Shown: positions 1 to 13,389 of the stretch, piece by piece
How positions within the stretch are numbered: the stretch's first letter is position 1
Layout of the letters: every line of letters starts with the position of its first letter
NCBI RefSeq assembly: GCF_030684315.1
Contig: NC_081375.1
Coordinates: 37,368,068-37,432,067, forward strand
Source of the DNA: Stegostoma tigrinum
Taxonomy: Eukaryota
Direction of reading: 5' to 3'
DNA length: 64,000 bases
The notes under the pieces: model-generated
Database searches by the model: none
What the model was told of the DNA's origin: nothing
The model's input: the letters and a program-made list of their open reading frames with translations, nothing else
Program-made: the position numbers and the translations under genes

Positions 1-13
1 TAGTTCCACTTAC

Positions 14-188
14 TGGAGATCAGTTGTTGCGTTCTCTTTCGCTCGGCCATGTGCCACTGCCAGTTTTCCAAGGCACGGTCCTGATTTTGTGATTTGGTAT
101 AAATAATGTCTTTGGATTTCTTTTCATAAACCTGCAGCTCCTGAGGTCTGGCTTCAGCAGGAAAATGCTCGGAGATCACACTGGCCAA
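14..188 (-). CDS. MYCBPAP: MYCBP-associated protein, coding exon 5 (gene continues beyond window start)
   Basis: Polypyrimidine/CAG acceptor and GTAAGT donor; 175 nt, phase 0 to 1. Reads LASVISEHF...QDRALENWQWHMAERKRTQQLIS, matching recalled human HNFLKNWQRNTALRKKQQEALS. Confidence 0.9.
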
Positions 189-2545
189 CTGAACAACAGA
201 AAAACGGAGGGTTAAAGAGATAATCATTATGCAATTTAGCACTGGGTCAGGCAATAATTGCTGGAGAATGGATCACAGCAGTAACAGAAACAGCAGCAAC
301 AGGTCATATTGCCCTTCGTCTCTGGGATCTGGCCTCAATTCTCCAAAAGAATGAAAGTCTCTCAGGGACTAAAAAGGTAGCATTCAGAATTTATAAGCAG
401 GAAATGATCAGATGGTCATCAGGTCTTCCACACATAACCACAGACTCAGGCTCATGAAAAAGCACAAATAATGGATAATCAGATGCCCACATTCCCACCT
501 GCCCACATATTCCCAACTGCTCTCCTACCTATCCACTTGCACAGACTCCCTTCTGCACATTTCCCCGCACAGCAAACTATTCATGTGCCCACCCACTGTT
601 TGTCATTCACTCCCAATAAAGAAGCAAAAAACTACATTAAAAAGGCTAACCAGAGAAAGAAAATCAGAAAATGCCTTTCTAAACACCTTTCCTGAGCCCT
701 GTCTAGGAGATCATGCTGACCTTGTTATGTGGCATTTAAGGTTATCTATATTTTTCCAGGTAGAAACTATGTGAAGCCTTACTATCTTTTTTGAAAAGAG
801 CAACTGTCTAACATCCAACCAGATAATCTGCTTTTCAGAACGTTTGTTGTGAGATTAAATAGTAGCCAGGACATAATTTCTTTTAATATCCAGGTGAGGT
901 AGATAGCAGTCTTAATTTAATGTCGCCCCTGATAGCTGGCACCTGAACTTAACTGACAGCTTGCTTTATCCGCTCAAATATCTAGGATGATGCTCTAACC
1001 CACAAGCTTTTGGTACAAAGGCCAAAGAACTAGAAACTGCAATAAGGTTGTTCTAAATCTGATAATGCGTTGATATATAAATGGTAGCATTATTGAGAAT
1101 ATCCCACTGGTGATATTACAAACTCAACATTGTCACAACGTACATTGAAGCTTTACTTTCCATCGAACCTGTAATGGTAAAGGTATACAATATATTACAA
1201 TCATTACAATATAATTATTATATTTGGAATTCGGATTGTAAAGTGGAGGTAGAATAGATGTGAGGTTTCAATTCTGTGAAGATAATTTTGAAAGAGGTCA
1301 GAAAGCCATTTGGAACACCAAACTGAAGACATAATTTGCAAGACGGCATGTGACTTAAGTGCCTGGCAGGATACCTGTTTCGTTAATTGATGGAATGTTT
1401 ACAAAGTTGAACTCAAGTGATATATAGAAAAAACAGATCAGGGACAACAGTTTTTGAATTCAGTTCAAAATCAGGTTTTAGTCCAGGAGAACAATTTCAT
1501 CCTAGCAAAAGGGTTTTTAGTTTGTTAAGTGTCCAAGCTTTGAGAGTTTGTGTAGAAGTTTTCAAGCTGTTAGAACTGAAAAGAAGTTTTAATCATCAGA
1601 ATTGTAAAGAGGTTTCCAGGCCATCAAACCAACAAGTATAAGATCAGTAAGAAATTACAGATAATTAACATAGTTGTGACACTTCTCTAAAAATATCACA
1701 GGGAAAAGGCTTGAAATGTTACTTTTCTGCTAATGTTAAGATTTTTTAAAAAATTATATAAACAGACCTTTGTTTATTTGCTTCCGTTTGTGTAATAAAC
1801 CTTTGTTCTTTCATTAAAGAACATTGGCAGCCTAGTTCAGTGTTTGGGTTTAACCAGCAAAGTAACAACTGCAGAAGTTATTCTTACAATATATCAAGCC
1901 AGGTTTCACTCTGGGGTCTGAATTGTCCAATTAGCTGGAATCATAACATTGCCTTGTGTTTGTTTTGGCGTGTTTGCTGGAACAATGTCGAAAGGGCTTT
2001 ACACTAAAACTAACCCTTGTTGTACCCATCCTTAGAGTATTTGATATGGGCAATATAGAGGACACCTTATTCTGTATCAGTCCCATATTGTACTTGCTCT
2101 GGGTGTGTTTGATGGGACCCTTGTAGTGGGAACTTTACTCAGGATTTATGTTGCGTCTTATCTACATGTATTTAGTGCTAAGTCTAGTTGCTTGAAATTA
2201 AAATGTGTCAACACTGTGGTAGCAAGAGTAACAGTGCCTTTATAAACAAATAACAAAAAGGTAAGAGCATAGCAAATAATTCAGAAAAATAAATTAGGAT
2301 GCTCTACAAGCTCCAACCTCATTGTCCATCGGCCCAAACAGCTTTTTAAAACTCCTTCCTAAAGTTCACAAATCTGTCTTTCCTGGTTGACCCACTTTTT
2401 CATGATTTTTTGAACTGCATTTGTTCACAGAGAGCTCAAAATTTACAAATGAGCCTATTTGGGGAAGATAAATCACATTCCACATTCCTATAACTAATTT
2501 CATGTCTTAATTCATGTCAGGAATGATAACATGGTTGTACTCTAC

Positions 2546-2652
2546 CTCAGAAAGTCCTCTTGCGAGCAATTCCTTCTTAAAATCTGCCAAGGTTCCAAGG
2601 ATGCTATGAGGCAGTACTCTCCCCTCTGTGTCAAAGCGAGGACCCCCAGGAC
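2546..2652 (-). CDS. MYCBPAP: MYCBP-associated protein, coding exon 4
   Basis: AG/GT bounded, 107 nt, phase 1 to 0. Reads (G)PGGPRFDTEGRVLPHSILGTLADFKKELLARGLSE vs recalled human GPGDSFDGSDQILPHHILGSLQDFKRIALARGNTQ. Confidence 0.92.
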
Positions 2653-4309
2653 CTGTAGGTTTATGATTTGATGATATATGCTGTTAGCAACAGTTGATTG
2701 TTGGCACTTATTGCCCACAGGAAAGCTTTGGAGTACAATATAACTCACAGTATACAATATGTTCACATCCCCAGGTACCAACCATAATGACACTGTGATG
2801 ACAAAACAATGTAAAGGGTTGTTCTTACTCCTAGGAAAATATAAGGTTTAGCCACCATGAGGTCTATTACTTTGGTTTTTCTATTTTTTCCTTCTACATT
2901 GAAAGTATCAAAATCATTTTGGATTGTTTTACCATCAGCATAAATATCTCGTGTGTTAAATCAGTCAATATTGGCAAATTATTCAATCTTGTGAATCTTT
3001 GTAGCCACATCCAATCATATTCTAATCTCACATCCAGCAGCACAGGATTGGATACAGGCTTGGACAAGGCCTTTCTTGATCTATCCCTGGGGCACTATTT
3101 CAATTGCTTTGCTCCTGACCATCCATTGGTGTGGGGCTTTCTCATGTTCCAGCAGAGAACTGTGTGTGTCATGAGCACGTCAGTACAAGTTGATAACTGC
3201 ATAATCCTGATTAGCAGCCAATCTTTATCCAGTGATATGACGCTTCCAGCACTACATCATTTCCCGAGACTGAGTGTGGAAGGATGTACTTATTATCTGA
3301 ACCATGTGAAGTGCAAATGATTGCTGGATAGATTACTGACGTTTATGCCCCACCAGCAGCCAAAAACTGAAGGCTATCCAAGAAATCTAGGTAACAATTT
3401 AGCATTCACATTCCCGAGGATATATATGAAAAAACAATTTAAGGTATAACATTCTTTCTGTCTTGTTCTCTCACATTCCAAAGATGCCAGAATGGAAGGA
3501 TTTAACTGGGACAAGATCAAATGTATAATTCAAAAAACATGCACAAAGATCATCAAGTTTGAATTTTGCAGATGCTAAGACTGATTTAATGAGAATGAAG
3601 AAGAGATTTACTAATTTCTCAGACAGCCTCCATTACACGTCAAAATCAACCTACTTCAGAGCAGAAATGAGAAGAATACTTACTTAAATCTGAGAATGGT
3701 CCATGTTAACAAAAATAAATGGTGGACAGAGTTCACCAATGCAACTTATGTGATTGATGGGGGGAGTGGACTGAAAATCAAGCTACACCATTCCACAAAC
3801 ATTGCAAAAGTATGAACGACTTATTTAAAATGGTCGATGTTTTTCCTCACCTTTATTATTAATTACATCAAGAGACTTACCCTTGGTTTTTCAATAAAGT
3901 GTAAAATTATCTAATATATTCAAAACAAACTTATTCTTTCGGCAAGTGACAAAATTAATTACCTATTAAGCTTCAATCCAGAATTAAACTTTAACCCCTT
4001 AATTCCTAATTCACACATGTTGATAAGACAAGATGCTGTTCTGCTGTGGTATTATAGAGGGGAAAAATTAGACAAAAAGCACCCTGGTGAATTAAATGTC
4101 TAAATGAAGAGGGTAGAATGAGATCTTCAGCGGGTTTTCAGCAGAGGAGTGTGCCCCAGAGGATTAATAGATAAAGCACTGGTCTCCTAAGCCAGCGAAA
4201 GTGAGTTCATGTCACATTTGGGTTTGAGGATCATTCAGTACATTTAAAGCTGAGACAGATAGATTTCAGGGGCAGGCAATGGCCTAGATAGATGGGGTGG
4301 CGATAGGGT

Positions 4310-4585
4310 TAGGCACGGTGGCTCAGTGGTTAGCACTGCTGTCTCACAGCACTGGGGGCCAGAGTTCAATTCCAGCCTTGGACAACAGTCTGTGTGAAGT
4401 TAGCAAATTCTGCCCCCATGTCTGTGCAGGTTTCCCCTGGGTGCTCCAGTTTTCAGGGATGTGTGGGTTAGCCATGGAATTGCAAGGTCACAGGGATAGG
4501 ATGGAGGGGGTGGCGAGTCTGTATGGGATGCTGTTTGAGGGTCAGTGTGGACTCAATGGACTGTTTCCACATTGTAGAGATTCTG
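4310..4585 (+). mobile_element. tRNA-derived SINE, HE1-like (elasmobranch)
   Basis: A-box-like GGCACGGTGGCTCAGTGGTTAGCACTGCTG, B-box-like AGTTCAATTCC, and a CR1-like 3' tail (GGACTGTTTCCACATTGTAGAGATTCTGTG). Boundaries approximate. Confidence 0.75.
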
Positions 4586-4635
4586 TGAATGTAATACTTT
4601 ACTCACTAAGTGAGACAGAGGGATATTTTTTCTTC

Positions 4636-5335
4636 TTAAAGTTTTTGAGAAGGTTTGTAGCTCGGGTTGTGGATGAATTTGTAGACATATTTGCCGAGCT
4701 GATAGGTTTAGTTGCAAATGTTTTGTCACCCTGCTAGGTAACATCGTCAGGTGCTCTGTCCCGCTTGTTATTTATATGTCTCAGTTTGCTGGGGTGGCTG
4801 GTATTACTTTCAGTTCTGTTTCTCAGTGGTTTGTACAAAGAGTTTAATTCAATGTGTTTGTTGATGGAGTTCTGGTTGGAATACCAGGCCTCCAGGAATT
4901 CCTTGATGTGCCTTTGATTGACTTGTGCGATTATCGATGTGTTGCCCCAGTCGAATTCATGACCCTCAGAGATAATGGGAACTGCAGATGCTGGAGAATC
5001 CAAGATAATGAAGTGTGAAGCTGGATGGACACAGCAGGCCAAGCAGCATCTCAGGAGCACAAAAGCTCCTTTGTGCTCCTGAGATGCTGCTTGCCTGCTG
5101 TGTTCATCCAGCTTCACACTTTGTTATCTTGAATTCATGACCCTTGTTGTGCGTGTCTAATGAGATAAGTGAGAATTGGTCGCGTCTCTTAGTGGCTAGT
5201 GTGTGTTCATGTATCCGCACAGTCAATTTTCTTCCAGTTTGACCTAGGTAGTGTTTCTCACACTCCTTGCATGGTATTTTATATATTACCCCTGTTTTGT
5301 CGGTTTTGGGTATGGGATCTTGTACCTTCAAAAGC
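4636..5335 (-). mobile_element. Penelope-like element 3' fragment (GIY-YIG endonuclease plus terminal repeat), interrupted by a hairpin insertion
   Basis: GVIYKIPC..C...YLGQTGRKLTVRIHEH is a GIY-YIG motif. It resumes after the insertion as DWGNTSII...EFLEAWYS...SINKH. A decayed hammerhead motif (CTGACGA-GTTACC..GGTGAC-AAAAC) lies at ~4720-4750. Confidence 0.88.
4967..5130. mobile_element. Fold-back (hairpin) Penelope-terminus insertion, copy A
   Basis: CAGAGATAATGGGAACTGCAGATGCTGG tail followed by inverted arms folding near 5066; 14-bp TSD GAATTCATGACCCT at 4953-4966 and 5131-5144. Confidence 0.9.
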
Positions 5336-5339
5336 TTCA

Positions 5340-7505
5340 CTAAAATCCAAATAAACAACATCTACTGCACTGCTTTCAATCAATCATTTTGGTAACTTCC
5401 TCAAAAAGTTCAATCAAGCTTGTGAGATATGATCTTCCTTGCGCAAAACCATGCTGACTATCCCTAATAAATTTTTGCCTCTCTAAATGTCCATTCATCC
5501 CATCTTTCTTAATCACCTCCAATAATTTACCCACAACTAAAGTCTAACACAAAGGTCTATAGTTCCCCGATTTCCCCTTTGAATCTTTCTTAAACAAAAT
5601 TACAATATTAACCAGGGTCCAGTCATCAGGCACCTAGTTAGAGATGATGCAAATATTTCTGCAAGGTATCTCGTAATTTCCTGTCTTACTTCCCACAACA
5701 TTCTGGGAAACGGTAGACCAGGTCCGGAGATTTATCCATCTTTATATTCTCTAAGAGAATAATGTGGACTGTTTTTAAAACATCACAATTTATTTCTCTG
5801 CATTCTCCAGACGCCATTTAGTATCTCTCCTATCTCCTGGAGTTCAACGCAAAGATGACCTCCTTGATCTTTAACTCTTTAACTGGCCCTACCCTCTCTA
5901 TCGTTACCCTCTTGCTCTTAATGCATTCATAGAATTTGTTTGGATTATCCTTCACCTTATCTGTCAATGCTATCTCATATTCCCTCTTTGCGTTCCTGAT
6001 TTCTCTCTTAGGAATGCCTCCTATACTCTTTATATTGATTAAGAGACTCAGTTGAACTAAGTTGCCTATATCTAAAACAAGATTCACTTTTGTTCTTGAC
6101 TAGAACCTCAATATTTTTATTCATCCATTGTTCCTTAATCTTAGCAGCCTTAGCCTTCAGTCTAACAGGAAAAAAATGCTTCTGACTCTCGTCATCACAC
6201 TCTTGAATACCTCCCACTTGTCATATGTCCTTTTAACCATGAACAGTCTACCCAAATCAACTTTGAAGGTTCTTGTCTGATACCATTAAAATTTGCCTTA
6301 CTCCAATTCAAAACTTTAACTTTTATGGAAGGCTTATCCTTTTCCATAAACATTTTGAAACAAATAGAATTATGATCGCTAGACCCAAAGTTTTCCCCTA
6401 CTTTTACTTCAGTCACCCGCCCTGACTTATTTCCCAAAAGAAGGTCTAATTCTGCTCCTTCTCTAGTAGGAGCATCCACATTTTGATAAAGAAAGTTTTT
6501 TTCAAACACGTTTGACAAATTCTTCACCATCCAAATTTTTAACACAATGGTAGCCCCAGTCAATTTTTGGAAAATAAAAACCCCCATTATTACAATTATG
6601 CTTACATATATCTGAGATCTCACTGTATATTTATTTCTCAATTTCCCTTTTACTATTTGGGGCCTATAGTACAATCCCATCATAGTGATTTTTCCTTTCT
6701 TTTTTATAATTTCTACCCATATATTTTCACTGGATGATTTTTCAGAAATATTTTCCTTAGTTAAAAACGTCATCCCCGCTCGTTTCTTGCCTCCTTTTCT
6801 ACCCTTCCTATAGCATCTGAAGCATCTAAAACTCGGAATATTGAGCTGCCAGCCTTGTTCATCTCTCTGCCTAGTTTCCCTAATAGCTATGATGTCTCAA
6901 TTCCACATTCTTAAACATGCCCTAAGTTCATCACCCTTACTTGTAAGATCCCTTGCATTGAACTAAATGCAATTTACATCTTCAGACTCTGACTCGCTCA
7001 TCTTTCTTTTCTAACTGACGTGCTCTCCTCACATCCAGAATCTTCCCCATCAATCCTTCTATTCACACTGCTACTTAGAATTCTTCCACACCCCCTCTCT
7101 ATCATAATAAAGTCTCCCTTAATAGAATGAGCAAATCTCCCTGCTAGGATATTGGTTCCTTTCAGGTTTAGGTTTGACCCATCCTATTTGAACAGGTCTT
7201 TTCTATCCCAGAAGACATTGCAATTGTCCAAAAACTTGAACAATACACCAGGTCTTCAGCCATTGATTTATTTCCTTTAACCTTTTGTTCCTTCCCTCGT
7301 TTGAGTTTGGCATTGGGAGTAAACTAGAAATTGCTACGTTCAAGGTTCTATTAACAATTTGCTTGAAACGTTTAGAGACATTCTTAATCTTAGCACCAGG
7401 AAAGCAATAAGCCATCCTAAATTTATTCTCACTGCCACAGAATCTCCTGTCTATGCCCCTGACAGGACAGTCCCCTATAACAATAATTCTATTAAATCTT
7501 ATCAA
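5340..7505 (-). mobile_element. Decayed CR1 LINE (ORF1 esterase remnant, ORF2 endonuclease and RT remnants)
   Basis: IVIGDCPVRGIDRRFCG (SGNH/esterase ORF1); GLYYRP, PTREGAELDLLLGN and GSSDHNSI (APE endonuclease); frameshifted RT-proximal sequence. Confidence 0.85.
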
Positions 7506-8169
7506 ACACTGCCTAACCTAAGAATCATAATCCATACACTTATACTAAAAATACAAAATCGAACTGTGAAAACTTGCATTACATGCACAGCTTCTTCTAA
7601 GTCACTAAAATTAATTATGAATCAAAAACAAATGGACCATCCCCTGATTCCAAGCTGAAGTCAGCAATATCGTTCTTAAAGATAATTTGCTACCTGAGAC
7701 AGGTGGAAGGAATACTATTAAGACCTCTCAATCCAATGTTCAATTGAAACATTGGACTAAACAATCCAACTAGTTCCTCAAAAGCTATCCTACATGTGAA
7801 GAACAAAAAGACATTGGTCTGGACAACATATCTGCAAAGGTTTACAGAGCTGACAGTAATGAATTTCCACTCAAATTCTCAGTCCTTTGCGTAAAAAAAG
7901 GTTGGGAAGAAGAGGTACTATTCTTTGACCTCCACAATGCATCATCTTTTTCACTTTTCAAGAAAAAGATAAATAAATTTTTGGGAATTATTGAAGCATA
8001 TCCCTTCTTTCCACTATGCAGTAGATTCACAAATGAATCATTCTGAAATGGATCCTACTGATCAGCAAAAATATCCTTCCAAAGACCCAATGTGGTTTCT
8101 GGTTATTCAGAGGAATTACAGACATGGTATTTGTCACTTGACAAAACCAAGAGATGTTTCTGGAAAAAC

Positions 8170-9040
8170 ATGATTGCACAATGTTCAGCACCATTCGTGA
8201 CTCCTCAGATACTAAAGCAGTCCATGTTCATATGCAACAAGATCTGGACAATATCCAGGCTTGGGCTGACAAGCAGCATGTGACATTCGTGCCACACAAA
8301 TGCTAGGCTATGACCATCACCAATAAGAGACAATCTAACCACTGCCCCTTGACATTCAATGGTATTACCATCACTGAGTCCTCCACTATCAACATTACCA
8401 TTCACCAGAAACTCAACTGGACACATCACATTAACACAGTGGCTACAAGAGCAGGCCAGAAATTAGGAATTCTGTGGTAGTAACTCACCTCCTGACTCCT
8501 CAAAGCCTGTCCATCATCTACAAGACACAAGTCAGCAGTGTGATGGAATACTCCCCACTTGCCTGGATGAGTGCAGCCCCAACAACACTCAAGAAGCTTG
8601 ACACCATCCAGGACAAAGCAGCCCACTTGATTGGCACTACATCCACAAGCATTCACTCCCTCCCCCACTGGCACGCAGTGTGTACTATCTACAAGATGCA
8701 CTGCATAAATTCACTGAATATCCTCAGACAGCGCCTTCCAAATCCACAACCACTTCAATCCAGAAGGACAAGGGCAGCAGACATATGGGAACACCACCAC
8801 CTCCAAGTGCCCCTTCAAGTCACTCACCATTCTGACTTGGAAATATATCGCCATTCCTTCACTCTCACTGGGTCAAAATCCTGGAATTCTCTCCCTAATA
8901 GCATTGTGGGTCAACCCATGCGTGGAGGACTGCAGCGGTTCAAGAAGGCAGCTCACCAGCACCTTCTCAGGGGCACCTAGGGATGGGCAAGAAATGCTGG
9001 CCAGCCATTGATGCCTACATCCCACAAATGAATAAAAGAC
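8170..9040 (+). mobile_element. Non-LTR retrotransposon 3' end (CR1/L2 group RT C-terminus and 3' UTR)
   Basis: IYKTQVSSVMEYSPLAW...KKLDTIQDKAAHLI and SWNSLPNSIV motifs; terminal GAATAAA. Confidence 0.75.
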
Positions 9041-9759
9041 AATTCTCTGCAACAGTAAAAATCTTCTTTTAATCTAACATTATCCTTTTCTTTGTTCAGA
9101 TTTTGTTTGTGAATGGAAGGTATACTTTGTTGAACATTTTGAATTGTTCCTTTAAATATTTCCCATTATATATTTACTACTGCTATAACCTTTGGTCTGT
9201 GTACACAATCAACATTAGTCAGCTCTTCCTTAACGCCTTTATGATTGGTTCTGTTTAAATTTATCATTTTTTTGGTGATTGAAGTATATCGTTTTCAAAC
9301 TTAATTTGGAATTCAGTTGTTTCACGCTCACTATTTCCCTGTGAATCATTTCCAATGAGATTATTAATTAATCCTACCGCATTGTGCAATTTTAATCAAG
9401 AATAGATTTATTCCTGGTCAGTTCCACAGCCTATTGTTCCAACACCCGCAGTTCCAGAAAACTATCTCACCTTCAAACCACGTTCACCAATTTGACTTAT
9501 CAAACTTTTTGAAGATTAAAGTCTCAACAATTATTATACCACCTTTGTTTCAAACTCCCATAAATTCTTGATTAATGCTTTGTCCAACAGTATTTTGACC
9601 CTTAGGGGTTCTATCAACACCTTCCAGCAGTGTTTCCTAATCCTTGCTAGTTTGAATATCCACTTGTACTGATGATATTTCCTGATTTTTTGAGTCGAAG
9701 TTCTTTCTTTCTGTCTTTAAGTCATGCATTTCCTTTGAGGTTTGGGTTTTAATTCAGAC

Positions 9760-10035
9760 TCCATACACCCAACACGAACACTTAAACATTCACACCTAAT
9801 ATATACATGCCCACACACACTGACGCACTCGCTGCACAGAGAGATGTAAACATCCCCCACATACAGATATTTATGCAGATAAACACATTCATACACAGAT
9901 AGATAAGCTTCTAAAGCATAGGTGCATACACACTGCACCCTTCCTAGCCAGAGACAGACACAAACATGTACGCACGCACACAGACACATGCCTCCCCGCC
10001 TTGGATACAGATACATTAACACCTGCACATACATA
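9760..10035. repeat. Degenerate (CA)n-rich low-complexity tract
   Basis: Interrupted ACAC/ATAC runs. Confidence 0.6.
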
Positions 10036-10142
10036 CAAATTTTAGCATGCCAAATCACCATTATGAAGTCTTTAAATAAGCAGTAGGGACCCTATAGGGA
10101 AGGAGCAGCGGATTTAACTTCATTTCATGAACAATTACTAAC

Positions 10143-10293
10143 CTGAATAGTCCATCGTTTTCAGTTCATCCACAGATGGGGCAGCTTTAGCTATAAGCCT
10201 TTTCACTTCCATTTCTTTCTTTGCTTTTGGTTTTCGAATCACCATTCTACTGGTGATAGGGATTGCCTTTAAAGGCACCCGGGGACCATGCAG
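10143..10293 (-). CDS. MYCBPAP: MYCBP-associated protein, coding exon 3
   Basis: Pyrimidine-rich TAG acceptor and GTTAGT donor; 151 nt, phase 0 to 1. Reads LHGPRVPLKAIPITSRMVIRKPKAKKEMEVKRLIAKAAPSVDELKTMDYS(G) vs recalled human ...FIIRKLK...LVARPANPDEATKPLDYSG. Confidence 0.9.
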
Positions 10294-11339
10294 CTATGAG
10301 GAACACAAAGGGAAAACAAATTCAGTTGATTGCTACAGTTAGCCACAACTCTAGATGGATTCTTGGCTTTTTGATCTGGCAATTGACTCTTACTGACTTC
10401 AGCAAATCATGTACTGTTAAATTTTCCACTGTTCTCTTTACTTTCTTTTGTTTTGTACCTGAGGTCTAATGACCAACAAAACATGAACTTTATTCGTATA
10501 TGAATCTGAACAGGTCACATTTATGAGTAGCTTAGCTCTGTTACATTCTGCTCAGTAGTAATGGACACACTTGCTTAGGGGTGAAGAATAACATGGGAGG
10601 TTGAGAGAGCAGCAGGGTAACTAGGAATAGCATGGTACAGCAGATGATGATAATGTAGCAGGTGCAGAATGACATGGGAAAGGTGGAAATGACATGGAAA
10701 TGCAAAATATGGAACGGTAAAACAGAGCAGCATAGGAGGGGAATGACATGAGATATGTGAAATGGGGATGGCAATAGCTCAAGAAGAAGGATTGGAATGT
10801 GGTCTGGGAAACTAAATGGGACCAGGCATGAAATGGAATCCAGAATGGGCTAGTTGTAGCACAAGACAGAATGGTATAGGATGAATGGAATGGAAATTTT
10901 AGAAAGTACGGCTGCAATAAAGACACTGCAGACATATTGTTGGTAACTGCTTCAATAAAGACCCAGTAAATGAACAGAAAGCAAATTTTAATTCTGAACA
11001 TTGCAAGTTCCAATTCACCTTGGTATGAAAATAACAACTTGTATTTATGTAGCATTTTTAACATAGTAAAACACACCAAGATAGTTATCAAACACAATTT
11101 AACATGAGCCATACAATTGGAAAGCAAAAAACATTAAAAGTTAAGATTTAAAACAAAGACTCCCTGTATCTTAAAGAGAGAGGTAGAGATTAGAATGGTT
11201 CCTATGCAGCATTTTCTCTCCTGATTCTTTGCACCCCAACATCTTTCACCTGGTTCTGAAAGTCTCAACAAATGTAGCCCAATATTTCAGTCTTCTAATC
11301 ATTTAGTTGAAGGAAATTTCTGAGTTTAAATCTGATTTA

Positions 11340-12115
11340 TTTTGCATGCACCAGGATACAGTGAAAAGTATTACTTTGCATACAATACAGGCAGATCATT
11401 TGAAGTGCATCAGGGTAGCAGAACACAGTGCAAAATATAGTTATAGCTACAGAGAAGGTGCAGATAGAAAGAGAGATCAATATTAACATTTGAGAGGTCC
11501 ATTCAAAAGTCTGATAGCAGAAGGGAAGAAGCTGTTCGCAAATCTGTGCATGTACTCAATGGAAGAATATGGAAGAGAATATAACTGGGTTGGGAGGGGT
11601 CTTTGATTAGGCAGCAGGAAGGGTAGAAGGAGTCAACAGAAGGAAGGCTGGTTTGCATGATGGGCTGGGCTGTGTTCACTACTTTCTGTAGCTTTTTGCA
11701 GTCTTGGGAACAGCAGTTGCCATATCATGCTGTGATGCATCCATATAGGATCCTTTCTATGGTGCATCTATAAAAATTGGTACCAGTCTTTAAGAACATG
11801 TCAAATTTCCTTAGCTTTCTGAGGAAGTAGAAACATTGTTGCACTTTCTTGGCTGTCACATCAATGTGGGTAGACCAGGACAGATTGCTGGTGATCATCA
11901 CTCCCAGGAACTTGGTGCTCTCGACCAGCTCTACCTCAGCAACACTAATGCAGATAGGGGCGTACCCACCACTCCACAATGACCAGTTCCTTCGTTTTGC
12001 TGATGTTGATGGAAATTGTTGTCTTTACACCATGCTGCTAAGCACTCAATCTCTCCATGTACGGTCTCGTTGTTGTTTGAGATCCAACCTACAATGGTGG
12101 TGTTGTCAGCAAACT
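11340..12115 (-). mobile_element. Rex1/Babar-like LINE 3' fragment
   Basis: ESTKFLGVMITSNLSWSTHI...KKVQQCFYFLRKLRKF...NFYRCTIERILYGCITA is typical of the Rex-Babar RT C-terminus. Confidence 0.75.
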
Positions 12116-13389
12116 TGAGCTCATGTAATGTGGCTGTTGAACAAATATTATGAAGATAAGGTTAATATTTGACAATCAGAGACAGTGGAGCGGTCCATAG
12201 TGGCCATGGTGAGATATAGCTGGCTTGATGATGTTGCCTAGGTTTTTTTAAATTCATTCATTTTTAGGTTTGAGGGCATTGCTGGTTAGGCCAGCATTTA
12301 TTGCCCATTCCTAATTACACAGAAGTGTCAACCAGATTGCTGTGGCTCTGGGAGTCACGTGTAGGCCAGACCATGTATGGGTGGCAGTTTCCTTTGCTGA
12401 AGGATATCAGTGAGTTAGGTGGGTTTTTTTCTGACAACCATCAATGAATTCACGGTTATCATCAGACTATTAATTCAAGATATTTATTGAATTCAGAGGG
12501 CAGGTCTGGGTCTCTGGATTAACAGTCCACTGATAAGACCACTAGGCCTTTGCCCCCCTCTATTAAACTTCTAGCTGCTAGTTGGTGTAAGAGAGACCAT
12601 AAGCCAATCTTTAGCTGTTTTAGTTTTATTCATGGAGTGAAATGTTATATGTCTACAGATGTAACGACACTCACATACCAGTCTTAGCAAGTTTATCTTT
12701 ATTGTATTTTTAGAAAAATCAAATCAACAAAATAACTAAACAATAATCTCTAAGGGTGGAAAAGATGCAGCCCAACTTGGGTTGAGCAAGCCGCCTGCCA
12801 GTGCCTAGACCTGTTGAAGGCACAATAGTCTTTTTGCCTATTTACATCCATTTTGATGACTGCCTTTTCTCCTGTGCTCATTTTGAGAACTTCCATTGCA
12901 TTGGACCACATCTATGAACAAGGACTGCTCTGGTTTGCCACTTCTTTCACTGGTATTGAAAGAATTTACAGGCTGAAAACCATCCTGCTGAGCCACGTTA
13001 TTAATGCACTTTCCATGGTCAACAAGTCCTGGTGTGGAACTTGAACTTTAACATTTAAATGCATTGGTAGGAATCATCTACTGCACTTCAAGATCTCCAA
13101 AACAGAGCTCTTCTATCTTCGGCATACTCATCTGCTTAACACAGACAGCCGCTTTCCCCATTTGGCAAATTGAACACCACTCCCCCACACAACAGATGGG
13201 TGAACTAATCATTAAACTAAAAAGTAGCCATCAAAAATTATTAATTGATTGAATATCCGTCAGCTACCATGATGGAATTTGAATGAAATATCCCTGGATC
13301 ATTAACTTGGGCCTCTGTATATCTAGTCCAGTGACACTATCATGACACCACAATATCTCCTGCTTAATTCTCTTTATGTATGTTCCAGT

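Noticed and set aside
1170-1950. Possible solo LTR (TGT...ACA with internal AATAAA)
   Set aside because: No TSD, primer-binding site or second copy could be identified.
10590-10900. Purine-rich ATGGAA-type reiteration giving hydrophobic minus-strand ORFs
   Set aside because: Low-complexity sequence; the ORFs are compositional artefacts.
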